This document shows positions 1-11,075 of a DNA stretch of 64,000 nucleotides, one piece after another. Below the pieces are notes generated by a model. The model was not told the DNA's origin, made no database searches, and saw only the letters and a program-made list of their open reading frames with translations. Position numbers and translations under genes: made by a program. This DNA comes from Vulcanimicrobiota bacterium (GTDB lineage: Bacteria; Vulcanimicrobiota; Vulcanimicrobiia; Vulcanimicrobiales; Vulcanimicrobiaceae): NCBI GenBank assembly GCA_963723515.1, contig CAVRQT010000002.1:480001-544000 (forward strand). The letters run 5' to 3'. Within the stretch, counting starts at the first letter, position 1, and every line of letters starts with the position of its first letter.

Positions 1-751
1 TTCTGCGCGCCGTAGGTTGCGTTCGCCGAACCGATCCATGCCCGCGTTCCTGCGACGGCGAACTTCTCGCTTGCATCCGTCACGCGAACCGCTACGCCGC
101 TTCGCGCTAACGCGCGAGCGGCCACGAACGAGGCCTCCTTGAGATCATTTTCGCAGATCAGCAGCTTAACGTGCACTCCGCTGCGCGCTAAGGCTTTCAA
201 TTCTCCGTAAGGCGGCGAGCCGGCGGTGAACGATTCGCTTTGCATGCAGACGCTGCGTCCCGCTCGAACGTCGGCTGCCAGCACGCCGGCTTCTTGAAAG
301 AGCGCGGCTCCCTTTGTCACCGCGACGGCGCCCGCACTATAGGTCTTTCCATGCATCGCATCATGCAGGACCTGAACGTCGTTGGCATCGCTATCAGCAA
401 CCACGACGTTGCGGCGATCTGCCGGCCAATTGCGATCGTCCAAGAAGGCGACGCCGTCTACGATCGCCGCCTTCATATGATGGGCGGCGAGCCTGAACGG
501 TCGGCCAACTTGGCGCAGACGCCGGCGGCGCGGAGTTCTGCAACAGTATCGTGATTGATCTGAGCGAGCTTGCCGCCCGTATCAGCATAAGGATGCGCCT
601 CCAACTGCACGCTCACTCGTGATCCATGCTGCGCCGCAAACTCCAACGTTCGAAGCATGCGCTTGGAACGCAATACGTAAGCGCACATTTCGATGTCATG
701 TGCCGAGCGCATCCGGTCCGTGACCTGCGCCGTCGTCGTGAACGAAATCAC
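1..751 (-). CDS. Phospholipase D-superfamily protein, 3' end runs off the window; apparent 1-nt frameshift near 480
   Basis: ORF 473..751 joins an open frame from 479 to the left edge reading HMKAAIVDGVAFLDDRNW (HxKxxxxD) and later SEKFAVAGTRAWIGSAN (degenerate second PLD motif). Confidence 0.75.
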
Positions 752-836
752 GCACGTCGCTCACGACAAAAGTAGCGCATCGCAAGTGCGGAAGGGTACC
801 TTCGCTAGCCTCGGAAAGCACAGCGCGGACCACAAT

Positions 837-1564
837 ATGACCTCAACGCACGATCGCACGCAAACCGCCTCCAAAAGCGCTTACGTTAAGGAGATGTTCG
901 CGTCGATCCACCGCGCTACGATCTCGCGAACCGCGTGCTGACCGCCGGTTTTGACGAACTCTGGCGCAGTCGCGCGATCGATCACCTCGGCTTGCAGCAC
1001 CGCGATGCAATCCTCGATCTGTGCTGTGGCACCGGAGACATCTGCTTTCATTTGATCCGCCGCGACCCAACGCTGCAGATCGTGGGCGTCGATTTTTGCG
1101 CGCCGATGCTGGAGCGTGCCAGAGAGCGGGCACAGCGCGGAGCGCGACATGCGAGCGTGAAATTCGCGGAAGCAGATGTAATGGCGCTGCCCTTTGACGA
1201 CGGAACCTTCGATGGTGCGACGATGGGCTTCTCGTTGCGCAACGTCGTCGATATCGACGCGACCTTGCGTGAAATCAGACGGGTGCTAAAGTCTGGCGCG
1301 CGATTCGTTAATCTGGATGTCTCGAAGGCGCCGAATAGACTCTTCAAGCGCGCCTTCGACGTCTACTTTTACGGCATCGTGCCGATCGTCGGCGGGATCG
1401 TCGGCGGCTCGCGCACCGCATATCGCTATCTGCCTGCATCGCTGACGCATCATCCCGATGCCGCTGCGCTTGCAGAACGCTTCAGTGCCGCTGGGTTCGT
1501 CGAGTGCGGTTACAAACGGCTTTGCGGCGGAACGATCGCCATTCATTTCGGAGCCGCGCCGTGA
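837..1564 (+). CDS. menG: Demethylmenaquinone methyltransferase (UbiE/MenG); frameshift near 910
   Basis: N-terminus YVKEMFASI continues as PRYDLANRVLTAG after a 1-nt shift; SAM motif LDLCCGTGD; GFSLRNV; AYRYLPAS. Confidence 0.92.
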
Positions 1565-2520
1565 TCGAATCCACCGCGACATTCGATCACCAAAGCGCAG
1601 TTGAGGAGTTCGTCCGCTCGCATTTCGTCGCCGATAATCCGATCGTCACGGAAGCCGTGCGGCGTATGATCGCTGCCGGCGGCAAGCGCATCCGTCCGCG
1701 CTTAACGCTCTTAGCAACGCAAGCCGCAGGCGCAGATCCGGCCGAGCATCTCGAGCTAGCAGCCTATATGGAGCTGATTCACGTCGCCACGCTGATTCAC
1801 GATGACGTCGTCGACCGCGCAGATACGCGCCGCGGCGTCAATGCGACGGCGGTTGACTACGGGAATCGCATCAGCGTGCTGGCCGGCGACTATCTCTTTG
1901 CATGGATCTTCCGCAACGTTACCGCGCACTATATCGCGCCGATTCCGCATATACTCTCGGCCACGCTCGCTGAAATCTGCGCCGGTGAGGTGCTGCAATT
2001 GCGCGCCCTGGGCAACACCGCGCTGGGATTAAACGCCTACCTTGACATCATCGAAAAGAAAACCGCTTCACTGTTCGCGGCGGCGGCGGAATGCGGCGCG
2101 ATCGCCGCGGGCGCGCCCCCGCAAGAGCGAAAGGCCCTGCGTGAATTCGGACGTGATTACGGCATCGCTTTTCAGATCAAGGACGATCTGCTCGATGTAA
2201 CCTCGGATGCAGAGCAGTTGGGCAAGCCCGCCGGCAACGACCTTCGCGAGCACAAGGTGACGATTCCATTAATTTTCGCGCTGCGCAGCGGTGATAGTGA
2301 ATTTCGGCGTGCCGTCGAACGTTTCTTTACGCAAGGCGACGATGCGCAACTCGAACGCATCGTCAACGGCGTAACGTCCGCCGGAGCGGTTGAAGCGACG
2401 CGCGAGCAAATCGAACACTATGCCAAGCGAGCGAGCCGTGCGCTCGATGCGATTGAGGACGGTCGCGCGCGAGCATCGTTGATCGAAATGGCAGACGCTC
2501 TCGTGACGGAGCGCTATTAG
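1561..2520 (+). CDS. Polyprenyl (hepta/octaprenyl) diphosphate synthase
   Basis: GGKRIRP, FARM HDDVVD, RRG, KKTA, SARM FQIKDDLLD, GKPAGNDLRE; GTG start overlaps the menG stop. Confidence 0.93.
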   Translation: MIESTATFDHQSAVEEFVRSHFVADNPIVTEAVRRMIAAGGKRIRPRLTLLATQAAGADPAEHLELAAYMELIHVATLIHDDVVDRADTRRGVNATAVDYGNRISVLAGDYLFAWIFRNVTAHYIAPIPHILSATLAEICAGEVLQLRALGNTALGLNAYLDIIEKKTASLFAAAAECGAIAAGAPPQERKALREFGRDYGIAFQIKDDLLDVTSDAEQLGKPAGNDLREHKVTIPLIFALRSGDSEFRRAVERFFTQGDDAQLERIVNGVTSAGAVEATREQIEHYAKRASRALDAIEDGRARASLIEMADALVTERY

Positions 2521-2566
2521 CGGCGAAGCGCAAGGCGCGAAGCCTTTAAGGTAGGAAAAAGTAAAG

Positions 2567-2869
2567 ATGCAGTTCACACTTTTGTTCGGCTGGGCGAGCC
2601 CGGAGATCATCGGCATCATCGTCGTCGGCGCGCTCTTGCTTTTCGGCGCTGAGAAGCTCCCGAAGCTCGCGCGCAGCGCCGGCCAAGCGAAAAAAGAGTT
2701 TCTCGTCGGTCAAGCCGAGGCTGATGAAGCCGCGACGCGAGCGCGCGAAGAGGCGCGGCTGCGCGCAGAGACCGCGCACCGCGATCAGATGGAAGATCTG
2801 CCGCAAAACACAGGCATCGGACAGCAAATCCCACCGCCGACTCCCGGCGGAGGCACGCAAAGCGGCTAA
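2567..2869 (+). CDS. tatA: Twin-arginine translocase TatA
   Basis: N-terminal TM helix, LLFGAEKLPKLARSAGQAKKEF, charged tail. Confidence 0.92.
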   Translation: MQFTLLFGWASPEIIGIIVVGALLLFGAEKLPKLARSAGQAKKEFLVGQAEADEAATRAREEARLRAETAHRDQMEDLPQNTGIGQQIPPPTPGGGTQSG

Positions 2870-2884
2870 CAGCGCGGCGCGCGA

Positions 2885-3657
2885 ATGTTGACGACGGCCT
2901 CCCACGAGCTCGGCGAATCCCAAGAGCAGTGGGATCAAAAAGAGATGACCTTTACGGAGCACCTCAGGGAGCTCCGTAAGCGTCTTATTATCGCGCTAGG
3001 AACAGTCTTTGTTCTGGCGATCCTCGCATTCTATCCCTCGCAATTCGTCATCCCGTGGCTGAGCAACCAATACTTTCCGGGCGTCAAGCTGAACGCGTTC
3101 GGGCCGGCCGACGTCATCATGCTCGAACTGAAGTTCTCCATCTACGCCGGGGTCGTGGTCGGCTTGCCGGTCATCTTCTACCAGCTCTGGATGTTCATCG
3201 TGCCGGCGTTCGCACCGCGAACGCGGCGGCTCGTCTACCTTTATATAGCGCCTTCCGTCGTCTTGGCCGCGCTGGGGCTTGCGTTCGCGCATTTTCTGGT
3301 GCTGCCACGCGTCGGTCATGCGCTGATCGCGCAAACCGGAAAGATCGCGACGGCAACCTTCGGCATCTCGCAGACGCTGAATTTCGTGCTGCTGCTCTTG
3401 TTGCTTTTCGTCTTGATCTTTCAGACGCCGGTCGTCATGCTTGGCGCTCGCGCGGATCGGCATCGTGACGCCGAGCATTCTTGCGACGTTATCGCCGGCA
3501 TGCGCTCTTTGGATTTTTTGTCTTCGGCGGGATCGTCGCGCCCGACGGCAATCCGTTGACGATGGCGCTCTTGGCGATCCCGATGTACGCGCTGTACGAG
3601 ATCAGCATTTGGCTCATCATTCTCTTGGAGCGAACGTGGCGGCCCGCGCCGGCATAA
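2885..3657 (+). CDS. tatC: Twin-arginine translocase TatC; two apparent indels near 3441 and 3490
   Basis: MTFTEHLRELRKRL, YQLWMFIVPA, FQTPVV; shifted frames give IVAPDGNPLTMALLAIPMYALYEISI ending at TAA 3655-3657. Confidence 0.92.
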
Positions 3658-4991
3658 ACGACCTCTTCGGCGACTTCGTGCGCACGTGGTCGAACGTGCT
3701 CTTCGCCGTCTCGCTGTTCGTCGTTTGGGGAATCTTGACGCTGCTCGGAGTCATCATCGATCAGAATCGCGATGCGAGCGTCTACTTCGCGACGTATGCG
3801 GCGCCGCTCGCACGGCTCATTCTGCGTCTGGGCCTCGATAACGTCTACCACAGCGCCGCGTATATCGGCATCATTGCGTTGATTCTCTCCTCGCTTGCCG
3901 TCTGCACGTTCAGGCGCGTCATTCCGGCACGGCTGCCGCCGCTGCGGCCGGTAAAGATCGACCGCCTTCCGCTTCACTCGCGCATCGAGACGCCGTTGGA
4001 TGCGACGGCCGCGCGTTCACGCGTCGAGGAATTTTTTCGCAAGCGCGGCTGGCAGGTTCGCAACCGCGAGTTGGGCGGCGTCGAGTGGACGTTTGCCGAC
4101 AAGCAGGACTGGGCGCGTTTCGGCGTCTTGGTCGCGCACTTAGGTTTTGTGATCATTGCGATCGGCACGACGATCTACTGGGCAACCGGATTCTCCGGCG
4201 AGACGGCGGTGCTGACCGGCCAAACCGTCGCAATTCCGCGCGCGCAAGCGAAGTTGACGCTGCACAATTTTCAATATCGCATCCAGCCGATCGCAACGAA
4301 AGGCGGAATCGTCTACCAGCCGATCGACTACGTCTCGCACGTAACGGTGACTGGGCGAGATCGCGTGCCGCGCAAGGCAACGATTCGCGTGAACCATCCA
4401 ATTGACGTTAACGGCACGCTCTTCTACCAGGCCGCCTACGGATTCGGCGTTCGCTTTGCGGTCTTGTATGATGGAAAGCCGCTGCACGATCTCTCCGGTC
4501 AGATGCTCAAAGAGGGCGACGTCCTAACGCTTCCGCAGACGACGCGTGAAGTGCAGTACTCGCAATTCGTCGGCACGATCGACCGCCAAACCGGCGTGCC
4601 ATCGGCCGATCCGCGCCCCAACGATCCCGGCGTTATGCTTAACGTTTTCGATGGCGGCGAGCCGCTCGGCACGCTGCTCGCACCGTTCGGCAAATCCGTC
4701 GCTCTCGGGGGCGGTTTTTCGGTTTTGCCGCAGCGCTACACGATGTACAGCGGCTTGCAATATCGTTACGATCCCGGCATTCCGCTCGTAGGAATCGGCG
4801 CTGCGGTCTTGCTTGCGGGCCTCTGCATCTCGTTCTATCTGTTGCCGGCTCGCATGCACGTGCGCGTCGATGCTGAAAACAGCGGGAGCTCCGTCGCCGT
4901 CGCGGCAACGACCGTAAAGGGATACGATATCTTCGAATCGCAATTCGCCGACCTCGCCGCAGCCCTGCCGCGCGCATTAGAGGCCGCGTGA
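3636..4991 (+). CDS. ccsB: Cytochrome c biogenesis protein ResB/CcsB (system II)
   Basis: LGVIIDQN, LGLDNVYHS, conserved His in VAHLGF, IRVNHPI, C-terminal RYDPGIPLV; probable GTG start at 3636. Confidence 0.88.
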   Translation: MAARAGINDLFGDFVRTWSNVLFAVSLFVVWGILTLLGVIIDQNRDASVYFATYAAPLARLILRLGLDNVYHSAAYIGIIALILSSLAVCTFRRVIPARLPPLRPVKIDRLPLHSRIETPLDATAARSRVEEFFRKRGWQVRNRELGGVEWTFADKQDWARFGVLVAHLGFVIIAIGTTIYWATGFSGETAVLTGQTVAIPRAQAKLTLHNFQYRIQPIATKGGIVYQPIDYVSHVTVTGRDRVPRKATIRVNHPIDVNGTLFYQAAYGFGVRFAVLYDGKPLHDLSGQMLKEGDVLTLPQTTREVQYSQFVGTIDRQTGVPSADPRPNDPGVMLNVFDGGEPLGTLLAPFGKSVALGGGFSVLPQRYTMYSGLQYRYDPGIPLVGIGAAVLLAGLCISFYLLPARMHVRVDAENSGSSVAVAATTVKGYDIFESQFADLAAALPRALEAA

Positions 4992-5972
4992 CGTCTGCAA
5001 TGCCGCTCGATCAAGTCTTGATGGCGATCGCGCTTTCGACGTACATCGTTGGCGCGATTGCGCTGATCGCGTACTTCTTCTCGCGGGCTGAGTGGCAACG
5101 CAATCTGGGCGCGCCGCTCATCATCGCCGGTTGCGTCGCGCAATTCGCTCAACTCGTCGCGCGTTACGAATTGACGCACATCTGGCCGCTGCTCAATCTC
5201 TACGGTTCGCTCTCGCTCTTCAGCGCGATGTCGGTCTTGATCTTCATCATCTTTGCCTTCCGCTATCGGTTATGGTTCGCCGGCGGATTCGTCGTCGCAA
5301 TTGCGTCGGTGTTTCTTGCGTACGGCCTGACGTGGAATGAGGGAACGCTGCCTGCCGTTCCGTCGCTGCAATCGTACTGGGCAAAGATTCACGTCCCGAT
5401 CGTCGTCTCGTCATATGCCGCCTTCACCGTGGCCGCAGTCTTATCGGCGCTCTATCTCCTCAAGCATTACTTCGATCGCTCGCTGACGACGCGCAAGGCA
5501 ACGGCCGCCTTCGCAACGGCTGGAGGCCCCGCTGCCGGCATCAGCGCGATGCAATTTGAGAGCGCAGATGCAATGCGTCTGCGGCGCGATACGCCGTCGA
5601 TCGAAGTTGCCGCCGAGGGAGGCAATATGGCGGCCCGGTGGTTTAAGACGCTTCCGACGCTTGCACAACTCGACGTGCTGATGTACCGCGTGGTCGCGGT
5701 CGGCTTGCCGCTGCTCACGATCGGCATCATTACGGGCGCGTGGTGGGCGAAAGAAGCGTGGGGCGCATACTGGCAATGGGATCCCAAAGAAACCGCCGCA
5801 TTGGCGCTCTGGATTTACTATGCGATCTACATGCATTTACATACGCGCAACGCATGGCGTGGCGTTCGCAGTGCGTGGCTCGGCGTGTGGGGTTTGCCGC
5901 TGATGATGTTCGTCTATCTCGGCGTGAACGTCTTTATCGGCAACGGCAGCCTGCACAGCTACAAGCTTGTAG
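4988..5972 (+). CDS. ccsA: Cytochrome c biogenesis protein CcsA/ResC
   Basis: LQSYWAKIHV, WWD domain WAKEAWGAYWQWDPKET, SLHSY. True stop is probably TAG at about 5970-5972 after a 1-nt indel; the listed ORF runs on to 6184 over the antisense gene. Confidence 0.92.
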
Positions 5973-5983
5973 CGACGTGCTTC

Positions 5984-6793
5984 TCAGTGTGCGTACTTTG
6001 CGATAAAGTCGAGCAACGTTCGCTGCTCCGGCGTATTGCTTCGCGAAAGATTTGCGACGACGCCGGTGTGCGTTGCCGATGCATCGGCATCCATTTGCAC
6101 GGTCGCTCCGGCGCCGACGAGTGCGGCGAAAAGTTGATCCCGCTGTCCGCACGCAGACGCATCGTAAATACCACCGCAGAATAATTCCGTCGGCGGAGCC
6201 GTCTTCGCCACGTATGTGATCGGCGATAAGGCGGCCCGCGCCTCGGCGCTCGGGCCGAAAAATTGTTGCAACAACGTGCGGTCCGCGGGAGTCGCCTCTG
6301 GATCGATTTCGCGCACATCGTAGATTCCGGAAAAGCCGGCGATGCCGCGGATGACCGAAGTTGAAACACCATCCGCCGCCAAGAATTCGGGATCGAGCCC
6401 GACGAGTGTCGCCAGATAACCGCCGGAAGAATGCCCGCTCAGCACGAGGGCGCGCGGGTTTCCGCCATAGGACGCGACGTGTTTGGACGTCCAGGCAACG
6501 GCCGCGGCAATGTCGGACGCCGCGCCCCGTGCGTCGATCTGCGGATAGAGCCGGTAACTCGGCACGACGACGACGATGCCGGTCGATGCGATCGACATCG
6601 CGAGACCGTTGTAGTCGCGCCGATCTCCCTGAACGAATCCACCGCCGTGAATGAAGAGCAGCACCGGCGCGCTTCGCACTCCAAGAGGCGCGTAGATATC
6701 CAAGCGATGTTTGTCGCCGGGCACATCGACGGCGTACGCGATGTCTTTTGTCACATTGACCGCCGCGAGCAGCGCAAAGATCGTAGCATGCAT
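5984..6793 (-). CDS. Alpha/beta hydrolase (HSL-like esterase), probably secreted
   Basis: HGGG oxyanion motif, GHSSG nucleophile elbow, LDIYAP, short hydrophobic N-terminus. Confidence 0.88.
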   Translation of the reverse strand: MHATIFALLAAVNVTKDIAYAVDVPGDKHRLDIYAPLGVRSAPVLLFIHGGGFVQGDRRDYNGLAMSIASTGIVVVVPSYRLYPQIDARGAASDIAAAVAWTSKHVASYGGNPRALVLSGHSSGGYLATLVGLDPEFLAADGVSTSVIRGIAGFSGIYDVREIDPEATPADRTLLQQFFGPSAEARAALSPITYVAKTAPPTELFCGGIYDASACGQRDQLFAALVGAGATVQMDADASATHTGVVANLSRSNTPEQRTLLDFIAKYAH

Positions 6794-6879
6794 CTTTTGT
6801 CGATGATTTTTACGAAAGGGCGGGCGTATCTTCGTATTAAAGAGGAATCGGCCTAGTAAACTTCTCGGAGAAATCGCCT

Positions 6880-7557
6880 TTGTCGAATTCGGTTGATGCC
6901 GCCCGGGCGCAGGCCGCGAAGAGAAAGATCTTAAGCGCCTACGACGATCCCGGGACGTATGAAGAAATCACGCGCCGCACGTTCATGGCGAACGCAACGC
7001 TGACGATCAGTGGCATCATCGGGCTCGGTCTGGTCATTCCCATCATCGGTTCGGTGCTGCCGCACGGCGGCGAAGGGCAAGGCACGTGGTCGCCCTTGAG
7101 TCCGAACGAATGGAAGCAGCTGCAACAGTCGACCAATCAGCCGGTCAAATTGAGCTTCAGTCTCGACTATAAGGATGCATATCTGCCCAAAGCGACGATC
7201 GATCAGTTCGTCTGGGGCATCAAATCAACGGAAGAGAAGATGCGAAAGGCGCGGCCCGATCTCTTTTCGAGTCCAAAAGCCGAAGTGCCGTATCCGGTCG
7301 TCACGATGGGGTTTGTGATCTTCAGCCCGATCTGCCCGCATCTTGGATGCCGCTTCAATTGGGATCAAGGCGTCAACAAATTTCTCTGCCCGTGTCACGG
7401 CTCGCAATACACCTACGAAGGCGCGCATATCGCGGGGCCGGCGCCTCGCGGGCTCGATCCCTTACCGCTTCGCGAACACAGCGGCACCGCAGAAGTGACG
7501 TGGATTCGATACGACAAGAGCACACCCGATCGAATCGTCGTCTCATACGCAGTGTAA
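6880..7557 (+). CDS. qcrA: Rieske iron-sulfur subunit of menaquinol:cytochrome c reductase
   Basis: Tat-like TRRTFM plus TM helix; CPHLGC and CPCHGSQY boxes; GPAPRGL. Confidence 0.93.
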   Translation: MSNSVDAARAQAAKRKILSAYDDPGTYEEITRRTFMANATLTISGIIGLGLVIPIIGSVLPHGGEGQGTWSPLSPNEWKQLQQSTNQPVKLSFSLDYKDAYLPKATIDQFVWGIKSTEEKMRKARPDLFSSPKAEVPYPVVTMGFVIFSPICPHLGCRFNWDQGVNKFLCPCHGSQYTYEGAHIAGPAPRGLDPLPLREHSGTAEVTWIRYDKSTPDRIVVSYAV

Positions 7558-7572
7558 GGTAGGAGCGGCAGC

Positions 7573-9022
7573 ATGTTGACTTGGCTCGAGCAGCGCACCG
7601 GCATGGTCACGATGATCAAGGATTTCCTGACCGAGGACATTCCGGGTGGCGCAAGTTACTGGTATGTCTTCGGCTCCGCGACGCTCTTTGCGATGATCGT
7701 GCAGATCGTCACGGGCATCTTCTTGACGTTTTGGTACGCGCCGTCCGCCGCAACGGCGTGGGAATCAACAAAAGCCATCTACAACAACGGCTTCCAACAC
7801 TTCGTTTTGAGCGTCCATTATTGGGGCGCCTCGGCGATGATCGCGCTCGTCTTCTTGCACATGCTGCAAGCGCTGATTTGGGGCGCCTACAAATCGCCGC
7901 GCGAACTGCAGTGGATTGTCGGCGTCTTGCTCTTCATCGTGACGCTCGTCCTCGGATTGACCGGCTACTTGCTGCCGTGGGACATGAACGCCTATTTTGC
8001 GTCGCAGGTCGCAATCAACATCTCCGGCACCGCCCCGATTCTCGGTCCGTTCATTCAGCGATTGCTGCAAGACGGCCCCGTCATGGGCACGCTGACGATC
8101 AACCGATTCTTCGGCGTTCACGTATGGCTGATGCCGGCGGCGCTCGTGGCGCTCGTCGGCGCGCATCTCTTCATCTTCCGCCACAACGGGCCGGCCGGTC
8201 CGCCGGTGGAAGATCCGCGCCCGCTTCGTCCCGGACGGTTTTGGCCCGATCAAATGTTCATGGATACGGTGATCTCGTTTTTCGTCTTCATCGTCATCCT
8301 GTTCTTAGCGATCTTCGCGCCGCCGTTCTTAGATCAAAAAGCCGATCCGACGAACATCACGTTCGTGCCCTATCCCGCCTGGTATTTCTTGGCGCTCTTC
8401 GGCTTGTTGAACATCATGCCGCCGAGCTTGGAACTCGTCGGTACGATCATCATCCCAACGGTCGTTGTGATCGTGCTGCTCTTGCTTCCGTGGCTCGATC
8501 GCAGCACGCTGCGAACGTTTGGTTCGCGCGTGCCGATCCTTTGGGCGACGACGCTCGTGGTGGCGATCGTCGTCGTACTGTCCGCTCTACAGCCAAGTTT
8601 CGATTCAAGCCAAACAAGCGGCGGCAGCACAAAACCCCGTGCCGGCAGCTGCGCCGGCGGCAGCGGTTGCCAATAAGACGACGAGCGTCAGTTCGGCACC
8701 GGGAAATGCCGGGCAAAAAGTCTTCAGCGCCAACTGCTCGTCATGTCACGGTGCTGCGGGAGCCGGCGTCCCGGGCGCATTTCCGCCGCTGGCCGGCAAT
8801 CCGGTCGTGACCGGCGCGGGAACGAAGGTCATTCAAATCGTCGTCAATGGCTTGCACGGCCAAATCAGTGTCAAGGGCAGCAACTACAACGGCCAGATGC
8901 CGGCCTGGAAAGGAAATCTTTCCAACAGCGACATCGCGAATGTGATCACCTACATTCGCAATTCATGGGGAAATAAAGCGCCGGCGGTGACCACCGCCGA
9001 CGTCTCAAAGATCGCGAAATAG
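7573..9022 (+). CDS. qcrB: Cytochrome b (b6 and subunit IV regions fused) with a C-terminal monoheme cytochrome c domain; apparent indel near 8584
   Basis: Four heme His (VHYWG, FLHM, GVHV, GAHL); TGYLLPWD; PAWY; the next frame continues YSQVSIQAKQ...CSSCHG...FPPLAG...MPAW with no start or signal peptide of its own. Confidence 0.88.
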
Positions 9023-9044
9023 ATCCGCCGTTAGATTAGCCCAC

Positions 9045-9281
9045 TTACGTGTCGCGACGGACGTCGCGCTTGGTCTTGTCCCACTCCGCCTGCGCGCGAT
9101 TCTTTCCTTCGTTCACTAAGGACTCTGCCTTCTCGCCGGGTGTCATCACGTCGCCCGCGACTCGCCGTTTCTCTCGTTCCGCGTCGCCTTCGGAGCGATG
9201 CGACGCTTCGTTCACGGTGTCGCGGACATTCTTGACAGTGTCTTCGACCGCATCGGCCGCTCGATTGAATGTATCCTTCAT
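9045..9281 (-). CDS. Small hydrophilic protein (CsbD/LEA-like)
   Basis: 78 aa, highly charged, helical repeat-like composition; fills an intergenic gap. Confidence 0.6.
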   Translation of the reverse strand: MKDTFNRAADAVEDTVKNVRDTVNEASHRSEGDAEREKRRVAGDVMTPGEKAESLVNEGKNRAQAEWDKTKRDVRRDT

Positions 9282-9342
9282 AGCGTGAATATTACCCGCG
9301 CGCTTCGAATCCTATAACATCACGCTACCGCTTCTTATTATT

Positions 9343-11019
9343 TCATAACGAAATTGCTTGCAATTTCTTTGATTTTCTGCACGGTGGACCATCGTAGATA
9401 AACAGCGCGTCGTTATGATCGACGACGATTTCGTGCTGGTGTCTTCCGTACGCCGGATCGTTCGCTCCGCGCTGACGTGAGGCAACGACAAAGGCGCGCG
9501 GCGCGGAGCAAATTACCATGCGCGGCGACGTTTGCGCCGCGGAACTTGGAAGATTAGCGGCGCCGAGGCTCGTGATGGGCGGCTGCGTATAGAAGAGCAA
9601 CGCGTTTCCGCCCGGCACTCCTTCGATCGCCACAACGTCTCCGGCCAGCCGATGCTCTTGAATGACCGCGGCGAGACGCGGAACCGGCTTAAACTCCTCG
9701 GCCTTCGGCAAAATCAAGAAGACCAGCATCAATATCGATGCGCACGCCGTCACGCCAAGTGCATATGCCGCGAATTGATTGGCATTGCGAAAGACGAAGA
9801 ACACTCCAGTGATGATCGAGCCGACGAAGACAAGCGCTGCAACGATCACCATATCACCCGAGATCGCATGAATGTCGCCGGTGAGCCGGTTATTTCGCAA
9901 AAAGATTGCAATCGCAACCGCAAGCAGCACGATCGTCAGTGGAATCATCGCACTCGAGATCAACGCCGAGCGACGGCGAAGGCCGCGCACGGCCGCATCG
10001 AAGTACAATGCAACAATCAGGGCCAAGGGTGGGAGTTCGAGGGCAATGTAGTTCGGCAACTTCGTCTTTGCAAAACTGAAGAACAAGAACGGCATCACGA
10101 TCCACGCGACTGAGAGCCGCATGAGCGGCGCCGACGGCTCCTCATCCGCGCCGCGATGTAACTGTGGCGCCGCGAAGCCTATGGCGGCGGGGAGAAACGC
10201 GATCCACGGAAAGAATCCGAGGATCAATACCGGCACGTAGTACCAAAACGGTCCGGCCTGATTCTCGATCGTGCTCGTATACCGGGCGATCGTGTAATGG
10301 CCGATCAATTGGCCGATCGACGTTGCGCCCGTCCGCAAGTAGAGCGCCACAAACCAGGGGGCAACGATCAGCGCGAAGATCCCGCAAGCGGCGGCAATCG
10401 CGCGCCACGACGGCATGATCGTCGCGCTTGTTCGCCGGTTCCAAAGGGAGAAGACCGCAATGACGATCAGCGCGATAACGGGCGCAACGGGTCCTTTCGC
10501 TAAAAAACCAAGCGCGGCCGCTGCGGAACCCGCATAAAGGTATGCGCCGGCGCCGGTTTGCAGCGCGCGGAACCACCAGAAAATCGTGCATGCTACCGCC
10601 AGATCGAGCAGCGCATCCATGATCGCAAGCCGTCCGACCACGGCCTGCATCAAGCTCGTCGAGAGAATCACCGTCGCATAGAGTCCCGCGCGCGTGCCGG
10701 CCGCGCGACTGACCGCGTAGGCCACCATGGCGCCCATTGCAATCGTCGCCAGCGCGGAGGGCAGCCGCAGCGCAAAGCTGCTCAACCCAAGAAGTTTGAC
10801 GAATGCCGCTGCGATCCAGAAGTAGAGCGGCGGTTGCACGAACCACGGCGAGCCGTTCAAGTGCATGACGACGGCATCGTGAAAACGTAAAATCTCACGC
10901 GCGACCTCGCCGTAGGCCGTCTCGCTGTTGTCCCAAAGTGTGCCGATGCCCAAACCGGGCAACGTCATGACGGCTGCGATTGCCGCGCCAATGAACGCGG
11001 TACGCGCTGGCGGCTGCAT
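9343..11019 (-). CDS. ArnT/PMT-family (GT-C) membrane glycosyltransferase
   Basis: LWDNSETAYGEVAREI, QPPLYFW, RLPSALA, LAKGPV, KLPNYI, many TM helices; ATG at 11019 chosen to avoid overlap with the divergent gene. Confidence 0.88.
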   Translation of the reverse strand: MQPPARTAFIGAAIAAVMTLPGLGIGTLWDNSETAYGEVAREILRFHDAVVMHLNGSPWFVQPPLYFWIAAAFVKLLGLSSFALRLPSALATIAMGAMVAYAVSRAAGTRAGLYATVILSTSLMQAVVGRLAIMDALLDLAVACTIFWWFRALQTGAGAYLYAGSAAAALGFLAKGPVAPVIALIVIAVFSLWNRRTSATIMPSWRAIAAACGIFALIVAPWFVALYLRTGATSIGQLIGHYTIARYTSTIENQAGPFWYYVPVLILGFFPWIAFLPAAIGFAAPQLHRGADEEPSAPLMRLSVAWIVMPFLFFSFAKTKLPNYIALELPPLALIVALYFDAAVRGLRRRSALISSAMIPLTIVLLAVAIAIFLRNNRLTGDIHAISGDMVIVAALVFVGSIITGVFFVFRNANQFAAYALGVTACASILMLVFLILPKAEEFKPVPRLAAVIQEHRLAGDVVAIEGVPGGNALLFYTQPPITSLGAANLPSSAAQTSPRMVICSAPRAFVVASRQRGANDPAYGRHQHEIVVDHNDALFIYDGPPCRKSKKLQAISL

Positions 11020-11075
11020 GAACGCGAAGTGAGTTCCGGAAAGTACAAACCGACTCATCTTGAGAAGCAAAGCGC

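Noticed and set aside
900..920. Programmed ribosomal frameshifting at this and other indel sites
   Set aside because: No slippery sequences or stimulatory structures, and too many unrelated genes are affected.
3441..3635. N-terminal extension of CcsB or a TatC-CcsB fusion
   Set aside because: The extension is shifted TatC sequence; TatC has its own stop at 3657.
5973..6184. Long CcsA C-terminal tail overlapping the esterase
   Set aside because: Homology ends at SLHSYK and a TAG lies one base out of frame, so an indel is more likely.
7581..8810. 409-aa alternative-frame ORF and similar Arg-rich shadow ORFs throughout
   Set aside because: Expected by-products of high-GC codon usage over real genes; no motifs.
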